A DNA stretch of 64,000 bases, taken from the NCBI GenBank assembly GCA_049903315.1, contig JBNGBT010000001.1, forward strand, positions 352,001 through 416,000, read 5' to 3'. Below, piece after piece: positions 39,158 to 52,184 of this stretch. A program made the translations under genes and the position numbers. The stretch comes from Candidatus Cloacimonadota bacterium. GTDB taxonomy: Bacteria; Cloacimonadota; Cloacimonadia; JGIOTU-2. Within the stretch, counting starts at the first letter, position 1; each line of letters starts with the position of its first letter. The notes under the pieces are model-generated. The model was given only the letters and a program-made list of their open reading frames with translations. It was not told where the DNA came from and ran no database searches.

Positions 39158-41653
39158 CTAGTTTAAGGTTAGCATAACCATCTTCCTCACCACCGCATGT
39201 CCATTGTATTCCAATTTGTATAAATACGTCCCTGGTGCGACCTGTCTGCCCTGCCCGTCCGTGCCGTCCCACACAATTTCTGTTCTCACCCAAAAATCAT
39301 CTTTGTTCCCTTCATATCTTCTCACAAGCTGACCTTTTGTATTGTATATGGAAAGCGTATATTCCTTTATCCTTTCATAATCCGCTGAGATGAAAGATAT
39401 TGTGGTGGATTCCTTAAAAGGATTAGGTTTATTTTGGAATAAATACAAATTATGAATAAAACTGGTATCCGGTTCATCTACACCATATCCTTGATACTCA
39501 TAAGCACCAATGTCTATTCTTCCATTAAATATTCTTTGATTACCCGCTAAGTCCGTTGCTGGAAGATGCAGCCCTGTTGTGTCCGGTGTGCCGGCGTCGA
39601 CGCATGGTGAGTTTTTTGACAACTCATAACTGTAGGGATCGCCGCCAACAAAAAGGGGATCTTCATCTATGTTTCCCTCTCCCCAAATAATGGTTCCGTT
39701 GTTATTTGTATTTATACCATTAATGCTGTCTTTGATGTTCGTATAGGAAATAGTAACAGAGTTTGGATCTCCGTTAGATAAAAAACAAATTTCCTTTTGG
39801 GAATTGTTCCTCAAAATACAATTTATTATTGTAAGGTTCGTATTCCATAATTGTCGGATTGTCCCCTCCGAGCAATCGGAGTTGTCACATATTGTACAAT
39901 TTATTAAAGTAGGTCCCTCGTCGGAAGATCCGTTATAGATATGAATTCCACTTGTTTGGGAATCAGTATTATTAATAATTTGTGTATTTATTAATACGGG
40001 ATTGGATTGAGCAGTAAATCCCATAGCACCAGCTCCTGTTCCCTCAGGATCAATAACATTATCCCGTATGACACAATTAACAAATACTGGATCACTATTT
40101 TCATATATTGAAACCGGCTCGTCTTGTAATAATACAGAAGGATCACCAAATATTTTTACGTTCTCAAATATCGGACTGCAATTATCCAAACAAATAATAC
40201 TTGATCCTATCTCTGCTAAATTATCTTTTAATGTAATATTTTTAAATATAGGACTAGAATCATAACCAATATAAATACCACCACCAGAATATGAATTACC
40301 ATTCTGTATCGTTAAATTTTCTACATTAATATGATCATCATTCCAAACAAAGGTCAAAATATTAGATAAATCACCTCCATCGAGAATTGTATTATCCTCA
40401 TCTTCTCCAATAATTGAAACATAACTACGACAATTTAATGGGAATACCTCATCGGTCAGAGATGATGAATATGTGCCATTTTCCAGATGTATTGTATTAG
40501 GATTGGTGTTGTCGGGTTTAATTTTTGATAAAGCAAAGGATATGTTTTTTAAAGGATCACTATACGTTAAGCCACTATTATTGTTATTACCTACAGGACT
40601 TACATACAAATCATGATTAACAGGTTCTATCTTATAGTTAAGTATATCAAAAGTAAAGCTATCCATGGGATAAACAAAGTAATCATCGGGTACACTAACA
40701 GTAAATGTGTCTAGAACAATATCCATCGTGTTACAATCTATGGATCGAATATCGCAACCGATCCCAGCATAATTTAAAAATATACTGCATCTGTGATCAT
40801 TATTAAAGATTGCAGAAGCATTATCCCAAAAATATATACCTCCTCCGTTATATTGAGCACTATTGTTTTTAATATTTACATCAGACAGACAAACAATGGA
40901 TGTTTTACAGTATATACCACCTCCACTACCTGCTCTATTCCTTGATATAATACAATTTCTCACGTTCGGGTGACTATTATCACAGAAAATACCACCTCCT
41001 CTACTTGAGCTTCCATATGGCTTACCACTTCCATTCTCAATAGTATATCCACAGAGAACAGCGGTTGTATCCTCCCCGTTTTCGAAAGTCACAACACTTC
41101 CGTTTTGATTGCCATCAATTATAGTTCGATGGATAAACGAGTCTCCCAGTGTCGTAATGTATAAGCTCGCAACCGTTATGTTTTTACCATTATAATTTAT
41201 GTTCTCATAGTAGGTTCCGGGATAGACTAAAACTGTATCTCCATTGAGTGAGTTGTCTATTCCTTCCTGAATAGTCGTATAATCACCTATTCCGTTGATA
41301 TCGACAATGATTGTTGTTGGTTTCCAGGTGGGATTTACTTGAACGAAATGATTATTTGGTTTATTTGGAACATCACGAAGAATTTTTATGGTATATTCCC
41401 AGTCATTTCTGATTTGACCTCCTTCGTTTTGCCAGCCATTGAACGGATCAAACCAGAACACATGAAAATCATGAGAATAAACCGCTATGAGTCTTTCCTT
41501 TTCAATCAAATCAGCAAAGACAACCTCCGGTGCTTCACCGTCGGGTCCTATCCATGGAAAGGTCTGGGTGTAGATTACATATTTATCATTCGCAGATAAT
41601 GCATTTGCTAAAGCAATGAAAATTATCAATCCTAAAAGTACTATTCTTCTCAT
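39158..41653 (-). CDS. Secreted right-handed beta-helix (DUF1565/Pmp-like repeat) protein with T9SS/FlgD-type C-terminal domain
   Basis: Signal peptide, DYTTIQEGID...GDTVLVYPGTYYEN, GGGIY repeats and SPCVDAG...IDIGAYE. C-terminus FQNKPNPF...IYNTKGQLV...WDG...PGTYLYKL. Confidence 0.85.
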   Translation of the reverse strand: MRRIVLLGLIIFIALANALSANDKYVIYTQTFPWIGPDGEAPEVVFADLIEKERLIAVYSHDFHVFWFDPFNGWQNEGGQIRNDWEYTIKILRDVPNKPNNHFVQVNPTWKPTTIIVDINGIGDYTTIQEGIDNSLNGDTVLVYPGTYYENINYNGKNITVASLYITTLGDSFIHRTIIDGNQNGSVVTFENGEDTTAVLCGYTIENGSGKPYGSSSRGGGIFCDNSHPNVRNCIISRNRAGSGGGIYCKTSIVCLSDVNIKNNSAQYNGGGIYFWDNASAIFNNDHRCSIFLNYAGIGCDIRSIDCNTMDIVLDTFTVSVPDDYFVYPMDSFTFDILNYKIEPVNHDLYVSPVGNNNNSGLTYSDPLKNISFALSKIKPDNTNPNTIHLENGTYSSSLTDEVFPLNCRSYVSIIGEDEDNTILDGGDLSNILTFVWNDDHINVENLTIQNGNSYSGGGIYIGYDSSPIFKNITLKDNLAEIGSSIICLDNCSPIFENVKIFGDPSVLLQDEPVSIYENSDPVFVNCVIRDNVIDPEGTGAGAMGFTAQSNPVLINTQIINNTDSQTSGIHIYNGSSDEGPTLINCTICDNSDCSEGTIRQLWNTNLTIINCILRNNSQKEICFLSNGDPNSVTISYTNIKDSINGINTNNNGTIIWGEGNIDEDPLFVGGDPYSYELSKNSPCVDAGTPDTTGLHLPATDLAGNQRIFNGRIDIGAYEYQGYGVDEPDTSFIHNLYLFQNKPNPFKESTTISFISADYERIKEYTLSIYNTKGQLVRRYEGNKDDFWVRTEIVWDGTDGQGRQVAPGTYLYKLEYNGHAVVRKMVMLTLN

Positions 41654-41916
41654 ATCGCTTCCCTATATATAATAAAATATAATAGCTTTTCTATAAAAAG
41701 AAACTCCGTGTTTCAAACCTATTTTCTTCATTTTTACTCATTAGTTTTCTTATTGAGGATATTTTTTTTTGTCAAATTTATTTATTTTTGAATCATCATG
41801 AATCATTCATGACGGCATGTTTGAATAATGAATAATAAACATTGATTTATAATTTGTGAAGTTGAAAACCTTTCGAACGGTTGTTTCAGACGTCCTTCGC
41901 AATGGTTCGGTTGGGG

Positions 41917-41958
41917 CTGGACTTCATGATCCCGATGTGTCGGGAGATTGGAGTTCAG
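41917..41958. repeat. Compound hairpin / REP-like element downstream of guaB
   Basis: CTGGACTTCA/TGGAGTTCAG outer stem (2 G-T pairs) enclosing a TCCCGA-TGTG-TCGGGA inner stem. Confidence 0.55.
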
Positions 41959-42053
41959 TACGATGATAGTAGCTTAGTGTTTAATACTGGATTCTTGTTT
42001 TTTGCAGGAAAAAAAATTTTTTATTATCGGAACACTCCACTCCCCTCGCTCTA

Positions 42054-45187
<3,134 letters not shown>

Positions 45188-45360
45188 ATATAAACCTTGA
45201 GCCCAATCATTGAGACCCTGAATCCTTGTCAAATTTTTCGACTGCTGATTTCAAACATGAGCAATATTGTACCTACTGAGTGAAATTCTTGACACCTGAA
45301 GAACCCCCCAAAAAAGAGAGATACATCCTTATTTATCAGGATGATTTTTTAGGAGGATAC

Positions 45361-46914
45361 ATGTCAGTATCAGTAGCTCCAGATGGAACTGTATTTTCAT
45401 TTCCAACTCCGGAAGAAGATAAAGTTGAGTTTGATATTCTGAAGAGACTATCAGAAGAAGAAAGAAAAAAAGGGAGAAAGATCGTTGTCGTTCAAGGGAT
45501 GGGATTCGTCGGTTCTGTAATGGCAGCAGTGGTTGCAGATGCAGAAGATAAAAACGGAGAACCAATGTATTTTGTACATGGCAACGACCTTGTATCACGC
45601 AGATCATATTGGAAAATCCCGGTCATTAATAGTGGCAAACCACCCGTGAACGCGGATGATCCGGAAATTCCGAAAATTTTTCCACGATGTGTGAAAGAGA
45701 AAAAAACTCTGCGTGCGACATGGCATCCCGGGGTGTTTACTTTTGCTGATATTGTTGTCGTGGATATCCAATTGGATGCTCAGAAACCCGTTCTCGGGCA
45801 AGCCGAGGAAGGATACTGTGACCTGAATGCTTTTAAACAGGGGATGAGAACGATTGGGAGAAGTATCAAGCCCGAATGCCTTATACTGATTGAAACGACC
45901 GTTCCTCCGGGCACTTCTGAGAAAATAGTAAAGCCGGTTCTCGAAGAAGAGTTTACAAAACGAGGAATTGATACAGATAAATATCCTCCAATGATAGCTC
46001 ATTCCTATGAACGCGTGATGCCCGGCTCAAAATATGTCAGCTCTATACGAGATTACTGGAGAACATTTTCCGGTATCAACGAAAAGGCGGCTGATCTTGC
46101 TGAGGAATTCCTCACAAATGTACTCAACACTGAGAATTTTCCAATTTGCAGGTTGGGTCATACCAATGCATCAGAAATGGCAAAGGTGCTAGAAAATTCT
46201 TATCGTGCAGCCAATATTGCCTTTATGTTCGAGTGGGCAAAACTCGCTGAAAATATCGGAGTAAATCTGTTTGATGTGATAAAATCAATCAAAGTCCGTA
46301 AGGGTACTCATGATAATATGCTACGCCCAAGTTTGGGAGTCGGTGGCTATTGCCTGACAAAGGATCCGGTACTTGCCAACTGGGCAGCGGAAGCATTGTT
46401 TGGTTTGGAAGATAAACTTCCAATGGCTGTAAGTGCCGTAAATATAAATGATCTCATGCCCATGCACACGCTCGAGATAATTGAGGATGCATGTCCCTCT
46501 CTTCAGGATAAACGCATTGCAATTCTCGGAGTTTCCTACCTGCAAAATGTAGCTGATACTCGTCATTCCCCGACAAAATTGCTCTGGGAAAACCTTATGG
46601 AAAAAGATGCCATCATTTCTGTGCATGATCCTCTTGTCGAAGTGTGGCCCGAGCTTGGAGATATGAGAATTGAAAAGAAATTGAGCAAAACACTTTATGA
46701 TGCTGAAATCGTTGTATTTGCTGTCGGGCATAAACCATATAAAGCGCTCGCTCCTGAAGACGTAGTCGCAATGTGCGGAAGAAAACCCCTGATCGTTGAT
46801 TGCTCCAATTTCCTCATTGATAAAAAAATCCAGAAATATCTTGAGCTGGGGTGCAATGTGATTGGTGTTGGTAAAGGACACATTACACAGCTAAAAAAGA
46901 ATTTAAATAAATAA
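45361..46914 (+). CDS. Nucleotide-sugar dehydrogenase (UDP-glucose/GDP-mannose/UDP-ManNAc dehydrogenase family)
   Basis: QGMGFVG, IETTVPPGT, ERVMPG, KVLENSYR, GVGGYCLTKD and DTRHSP. AGGAGG RBS precedes the ATG at 45361. Confidence 0.88.
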   Translation: MSVSVAPDGTVFSFPTPEEDKVEFDILKRLSEEERKKGRKIVVVQGMGFVGSVMAAVVADAEDKNGEPMYFVHGNDLVSRRSYWKIPVINSGKPPVNADDPEIPKIFPRCVKEKKTLRATWHPGVFTFADIVVVDIQLDAQKPVLGQAEEGYCDLNAFKQGMRTIGRSIKPECLILIETTVPPGTSEKIVKPVLEEEFTKRGIDTDKYPPMIAHSYERVMPGSKYVSSIRDYWRTFSGINEKAADLAEEFLTNVLNTENFPICRLGHTNASEMAKVLENSYRAANIAFMFEWAKLAENIGVNLFDVIKSIKVRKGTHDNMLRPSLGVGGYCLTKDPVLANWAAEALFGLEDKLPMAVSAVNINDLMPMHTLEIIEDACPSLQDKRIAILGVSYLQNVADTRHSPTKLLWENLMEKDAIISVHDPLVEVWPELGDMRIEKKLSKTLYDAEIVVFAVGHKPYKALAPEDVVAMCGRKPLIVDCSNFLIDKKIQKYLELGCNVIGVGKGHITQLKKNLNK

Positions 46915-46929
46915 TTTTCGGATAAAACA

Positions 46930-48999
46930 ATGTCAGATATTCATCGAATAAAAGAACATCCAATTCTTGAAATTATAGAGAAGAAATCTATTCCCTTTTA
47001 TTGGAATGATCAGAAACTCTTTGCTCAAGAAGGTGAAATGATTGCATCTGCGCTGATTGCGCATGGAATACATGTGTTCGGACATCATGTGAAAGATAAG
47101 AGTCCGCAGGGCATTTTTTGTGCGAATGGGCAATGTGCTCAATGTGCTGTCATCGCTAACGGAATTCCAGTGAAATCGTGCATGACACCTGTATCAGAAA
47201 ATATGATTGTGCGAAGCTGCGAAGGACTTCCCGAGTTACCCGAAGTTGATGGAATTCCATCATTTGATCCAGTCGTGGAGTATGAAACTGATGTACTTGT
47301 AATCGGGGGAGGACCATCAGGATTATCCGCAGCAATTGAACTTTCAAACTACAATGTGCCACTCATTTTGATTGATGATAAATCTGAATTGGGCGGAAAA
47401 CTAGTCCTTCAAACACATAAATTCTTTGGCTCTATAAAAGATTGTTATGCGGGGACTAGAGGAATCGATATTGCGAAGATATTATCTGATAAACTTTCAC
47501 AATATGAGACTGCTACAGTATGGACAGAAAGTACTGCCCTATATGTTTTCAGCGATAAAAAAGTAGGAGTTCTCAAAAATAATTCCTATATATTGATCAA
47601 ACCAAAGATCGTGTTGAATGCTGCTGGTGCAAGAGAGAAAATGCTGGTTTTCCCAGGTAATACATTACCGGGTGTGTATGGGGCAGGAGCATTTCAGACC
47701 CTTGTAAATCGGGACATGGTCGTTCCATCAAAAAGAATTGTAATAATTGGCGGAGGGAACGTCGGCTTGATCGCAGGATATCATGCTTTGCAGGCAGGAA
47801 TTCAAGTTGTAGGACTTGCAGAAGCTCTTCCTGAATGCGGTGGCTATAAAGTGCATAAAGACAAACTTCAGCGTTTAGGAGTGCCCATTTATACATCACA
47901 TACAATTCTTTCTGCGAATGGAAAAGACCGGGTTGAATCTGTTACTCTTGCAGGAGTTGACGAGAATTTTAAACCAATCTCGGGAACTGAAAAAACTATT
48001 GACTGTGATACGATCCTCATTGCAGTGGGGCTTAATCCAATCGATGAGTTCCACAAAGAAGCAGAAGAAGCCGGCATGAAAGTCTTTTCAACGGGAGATG
48101 CTGAAGAGATTGCAGAAGCATCATCAGCAATGTTCAATGGGAAAATAACCGGTATCAAAATTGCGAAAGCTTTGAATAAATCCTCAAAAAAGATTCCTGA
48201 AGAATGGAGTAAAAAAGCATTGATTTTAAAGAGTCCCCCAGAGAGAACTCTGCCATATATACTTCCCGAAGCAAATGAAGGTGTTTTTCCTGTTTTTCAC
48301 TGCGTCCAGGAAATTCCATGCAATCCCTGCACTTCAGTATGCCCTCTCAACCAGATTAAGATAAGCGACGAAAGTTTGCTTGGACTTCCCACATTCGAGG
48401 GCGAATGTACAGGCTGCATGAAATGCCTTACAGTTTGTCCAGCACTCGCTATCACTATGGTTGATTACAGAAGGGATTTACATCTTCCCACAGTATCTAT
48501 TCCTTATGAAATTGGGAATCATCCGATAGAAGCTGGGCAGGTAATCAATGTTGTTGACCTTGAAGGTGAATTCCTCGAAGAGCTCGCTGTGATTAATATT
48601 CGCAATACAAATACAAAAACTCAAATCATACAGGTGAAAGCTCCGTCTTACATCGCAAAAAAGATTGCAGGTGTGCGCATTCAAGAACCTTCAGTTTCAA
48701 ACGCATGGGAGAGTCCGCGATTGGATACAATTGATGATACAGTAATTGTTTGCCGATGCGAACGTGTCACAGCTGGTGAGATACGTAAATGGATTCGAAA
48801 AGGCATCACGGATATGAACCAGCTCAAGCAGTTGACAAGAGCTGGCATGGGCGCTTGTGGCGGCAAGACCTGTGAATCACTCATTTTAAGAATGTACAAG
48901 GAAGAAGGATATTCACTACAGGATATCACGTATAATACACGCCGTCCGCTCTACGTAGAAATGCCGCTCGAAATTCTTTCCAAAACTAAAGAGAAGTAG
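46930..48999 (+). CDS. Multidomain FAD/Fe-S oxidoreductase (sarcosine oxidase/proline dehydrogenase alpha-like, fused to ferredoxin and BFD-like domains)
   Basis: N-terminal FCANGQCAQC...SC [2Fe-2S] motif, GGGPSG and GGGNVG Rossmann motifs, CNPCTSVCP/CTGCMKCLTVCP ferredoxin motifs and C-terminal CRCE...GMGACGGKTC. Confidence 0.85.
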   Translation: MSDIHRIKEHPILEIIEKKSIPFYWNDQKLFAQEGEMIASALIAHGIHVFGHHVKDKSPQGIFCANGQCAQCAVIANGIPVKSCMTPVSENMIVRSCEGLPELPEVDGIPSFDPVVEYETDVLVIGGGPSGLSAAIELSNYNVPLILIDDKSELGGKLVLQTHKFFGSIKDCYAGTRGIDIAKILSDKLSQYETATVWTESTALYVFSDKKVGVLKNNSYILIKPKIVLNAAGAREKMLVFPGNTLPGVYGAGAFQTLVNRDMVVPSKRIVIIGGGNVGLIAGYHALQAGIQVVGLAEALPECGGYKVHKDKLQRLGVPIYTSHTILSANGKDRVESVTLAGVDENFKPISGTEKTIDCDTILIAVGLNPIDEFHKEAEEAGMKVFSTGDAEEIAEASSAMFNGKITGIKIAKALNKSSKKIPEEWSKKALILKSPPERTLPYILPEANEGVFPVFHCVQEIPCNPCTSVCPLNQIKISDESLLGLPTFEGECTGCMKCLTVCPALAITMVDYRRDLHLPTVSIPYEIGNHPIEAGQVINVVDLEGEFLEELAVINIRNTNTKTQIIQVKAPSYIAKKIAGVRIQEPSVSNAWESPRLDTIDDTVIVCRCERVTAGEIRKWIRKGITDMNQLKQLTRAGMGACGGKTCESLILRMYKEEGYSLQDITYNTRRPLYVEMPLEILSKTKEK

Positions 49000-49005
49000 G
49001 ATAGC

Positions 49006-50157
49006 ATGAATATGAATTTTGATATCATTGTTATTGGCGCAGGTTCGGTGGGAGTACCGATCGCTTTATATCTCGCTGAAAAGAAATTTTCTGTTCTTGT
49101 CATAGAAAGTCTGGCTTCTCCGGGACAGGGACAGAATAAGAAAGCAATTGGCGGAATTCGTGCGACACATTCCGATAAAGCAAAGATCCACATTTCTTTA
49201 GAGTCGATAGACATTTTTTCCACATGGAAAGAGATTTATGGAGATGATATCGAATGGCGGTCCAACGGCTATTCATTTCCTGCTTATACTGATGCGCACG
49301 AACAACTGCTCAAAGACCTTTTAAAAATTCAAAAAAGTTATGGGCTCAATATAGATTGGATATCTGCTGAAGAGTTCCTCAGAAAAGCACCAGGTGTCAA
49401 TCCCAGTGGTTTAAGAGGATCAACATTTTCTCCCGAAGACGGCAGTGCATCTCCATATCTTGCACTTAACTATTTTTATTTCAAAAGTATGGAATATGGT
49501 GCTTCTTATGTTTTTAAGGAAGAGGTTTCAGAAATCATTAAGGAGGGGGGCGGATATATTGTTAAGACAGATGCAGACAAATCCTATTCTACAAAATATA
49601 TAATCAATGCTGCTGGAAATGATGCGAAGCGAATAGGGGATATGCTCGGTTTAGATATCCCTGTAGTTCCTGATAGTCATGAGGGTGGAATTACTGATGC
49701 AGTTCAGCACTTTTTTGATCCAATGATCGTCGATCTCAGACCTGCAGAGAATTCAAAGAATTATTATTTTTATCAGCGACCAGAAGGACAGGTCATTTTC
49801 TGCATCACTCCCGAACCTCCAATTGTCGGCACGGATAGCAGGGCGACATCTGTTTTTCTTCCACAGGTGACTCAGAGGATGCTAGATCTCTTTCCTCGTA
49901 TGAAGAACTTAAAAGTACGCAGAACCTGGCGCGGACAATATCCTGCAACTCCTGATGGCTTTCCAATACTTGGAGAAACTAAACTTGAGGGATTTTATCT
50001 TGCTGTTGGAATGTGCGGACAGGGATTTATGCTTGGCCCCGGAATAGGAAAATTATTTGCTCGTTTACTCTCAAATTCCCTCTCTGATGACGACAATGAT
50101 AATCTGAAATCGTTAAGTTTATACAGAAATTTTGGTGCTGAAGAAAAGTTCAAATAG
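49006..50157 (+). CDS. FAD-dependent amino-acid oxidoreductase (DAO family; sarcosine oxidase/proline dehydrogenase beta-like)
   Basis: VIGAGSVG, INAAG, RTWRGQYPATPDGFPILG and GMCGQGFMLGPG. Confidence 0.85.
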   Translation: MNMNFDIIVIGAGSVGVPIALYLAEKKFSVLVIESLASPGQGQNKKAIGGIRATHSDKAKIHISLESIDIFSTWKEIYGDDIEWRSNGYSFPAYTDAHEQLLKDLLKIQKSYGLNIDWISAEEFLRKAPGVNPSGLRGSTFSPEDGSASPYLALNYFYFKSMEYGASYVFKEEVSEIIKEGGGYIVKTDADKSYSTKYIINAAGNDAKRIGDMLGLDIPVVPDSHEGGITDAVQHFFDPMIVDLRPAENSKNYYFYQRPEGQVIFCITPEPPIVGTDSRATSVFLPQVTQRMLDLFPRMKNLKVRRTWRGQYPATPDGFPILGETKLEGFYLAVGMCGQGFMLGPGIGKLFARLLSNSLSDDDNDNLKSLSLYRNFGAEEKFK

Positions 50158-50170
50158 CTCAATTTTCTAT

Positions 50171-50186
50171 AGCAAAATTTGTGCCC
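50171..50186 (-). promoter_or_regulatory. Sigma54-like -24/-12 element
   Basis: Minus strand GGGCACAAATTTTGCT (GG-N10-GC), compared with consensus TGGCAC-N5-TTGC. Confidence 0.35.
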
Positions 50187-50266
50187 AAAATCCTTCGCGC
50201 AAATGAGGGTTTTTCTCCTAACTTACAGTTATATAAGAAGTTCTAATTTCATTACGAAAAAAAATA

Positions 50267-50371
50267 TTATGCACCTTATCAAAAATTATCAAAAATTCGC
50301 AAATGGCACAATAGAAGGTAAATAGCAAATTTGTTTTTTTAAAATAACCGGTTATCCACAAGTTGTGCACA
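50267..50371 (+). promoter_or_regulatory. Cluster of DnaA-box-like 9-mers
   Basis: Perfect TTATCCACA at 50352-50360. Variants TTATGCACC (50267), TTATCAAAA (50276, 50286) and TTGTGCACA (50363). Confidence 0.45.
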
Positions 50372-50377
50372 GCAAAA

Positions 50378-52117
50378 TCAGCGGATAACAGCAAGTTTCA
50401 TCGTCGCTTTTGTGTCTCCGACTTTGAGTAGACAATAATAGATGCCGGAAGAGACATTTTCAGGAGTATAATTCACTTCAATCGTTCCATTATTTGTGCC
50501 ATCAATTGTTATTTCATCAATCAACTCACCCGCGAGATTGTAAATTGATATCTTGGCATCTGAATGATCCTTAATAGTAACAAGAAATTTTCCCTGAGTA
50601 TAAGTATTTGCATTAAAGGGATTTGGATAATATCTGAATATATTCCCTTTAGAAATATAATGGGATATAGTGGCAGATGAGGAATTCCCAAACTCGTCAT
50701 TCGCATGAAGTTGGAATTCATAATCACCGGTATCAAAAGAAGTTGAATAACTTGTCGCGTGAATAATAGACGAATCTTTGATTTCAGTAAAATTTGTGTC
50801 CAAACTTGCTTTGTAGTATAATCTATAAGAGAGATCAGTTGTAGCGACAACTTCCCAAGAAAAATTTACTATTTCACTTACTGAGGTAACGGAAAAATCT
50901 TTCATAATGGGTTTAGCAGAAAAATGGTCTATAAAGTAGCTAAGGAATCTATCCCATTCCGTAAGATCGTTGAAGTCTAAATTGTAATAAAGTTCCCAAT
51001 TGAAATAATAAAGAGTGGGGGGGAAATGGACACTCATTCTTCCAAGTTGCGGATAAAGAACATCCTGGTAAAGAGCACTGTAGGCAATAGTCATTGAATC
51101 TACCAGAGAAGCAATTTCTTCTGCTACAGTGTGCACATTTTTATTAAGAAAAGAAACTTCGTTGAAGAATTCCCAAAGATCTAAATTGTTTCCGCTTATG
51201 TGAAAGCAGTTGCTGTAAGCATCATGGTAAAGATCATTATAAATAGCTTCTGAGTAGTTTCTTGTAAATTCTCTCAGCTTGTTTAAATACACTGAATAAT
51301 TATTCATTTCAATAGCAGAAAATGATATAGTTGATCCCCATTGACAATTTGTTGTGTATGAGTTTATATATCGGTTTACGAGTTCCTCAGAAAGTTCGTA
51401 GGGAGAGCAAATAGGGTTATCCACCATATAATTAAAAAGTCCATACTGAGAACATGCAGTACCAGGTGCAGCTCCATACAATATACCATCAACAGGCACA
51501 GTAAATTCCGAGCCAGCGACAATATCACAATACTCATAAATTTCTGTAATTACTTCTGTGGTCTGCATAAGGCATGCATCAAAAACGAGAATATCGATTG
51601 GATAACCTATGGATGAAATTGCCTCTTTCAGTTCACCTTCTGCGACACTCATTCTATCACCAAAAAAAGAATCTGAGCAAATCCACTTTACCTCTTCCTC
51701 ATCTTTGGTCCAGCCATTTCCATGGTCCCATATGATGAGTATTCTTTTTTTTGAGGGGGCGTAATTAAAGCCCCAGTTTGCAAAACCTGCAAGTGTTTGC
51801 GGATCTGCGGAATTTATTTCACCGAGATCATCCAGCAGTATCGAGCCGATCGAATCAGGATTCGTATCATGTTGTATCAAATATCTTCTGCTTGTCGTGA
51901 AGTATGGGGGATAATTCGGATCATTTAATGGATCTACCTGTATGATAAAAGTTACAGAATCATTATTGGCGACTGCTTCCATCTCATTGATGTCCACAAA
52001 AGATTGTTGACTCAAGCTATTATCTGCTGCAATATAAACGAGAACTGTCCATTGGTTATCCGCAAATATTTGTATAGTAAGAATGGATAAGAAAATTACT
52101 AGTAAAAAACTTTTCAT
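50378..52117 (-). CDS. Clostripain-family (C11) cysteine peptidase with T9SS-type C-terminal domain
   Basis: Signal peptide, WTVLVYIAADNSL, DINEME, catalytic WDHGNG and FDACLM. C-terminus YPNPF...IYNLAGELI...VSSGIYY...KLAVIR. Confidence 0.88.
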   Translation of the reverse strand: MKSFLLVIFLSILTIQIFADNQWTVLVYIAADNSLSQQSFVDINEMEAVANNDSVTFIIQVDPLNDPNYPPYFTTSRRYLIQHDTNPDSIGSILLDDLGEINSADPQTLAGFANWGFNYAPSKKRILIIWDHGNGWTKDEEEVKWICSDSFFGDRMSVAEGELKEAISSIGYPIDILVFDACLMQTTEVITEIYEYCDIVAGSEFTVPVDGILYGAAPGTACSQYGLFNYMVDNPICSPYELSEELVNRYINSYTTNCQWGSTISFSAIEMNNYSVYLNKLREFTRNYSEAIYNDLYHDAYSNCFHISGNNLDLWEFFNEVSFLNKNVHTVAEEIASLVDSMTIAYSALYQDVLYPQLGRMSVHFPPTLYYFNWELYYNLDFNDLTEWDRFLSYFIDHFSAKPIMKDFSVTSVSEIVNFSWEVVATTDLSYRLYYKASLDTNFTEIKDSSIIHATSYSTSFDTGDYEFQLHANDEFGNSSSATISHYISKGNIFRYYPNPFNANTYTQGKFLVTIKDHSDAKISIYNLAGELIDEITIDGTNNGTIEVNYTPENVSSGIYYCLLKVGDTKATMKLAVIR

Positions 52118-52184
52118 AGGGAATAATTAAATTAATAATATTTTAATGTCAAATACAATATTATTGATATTAAATTTACAATTA

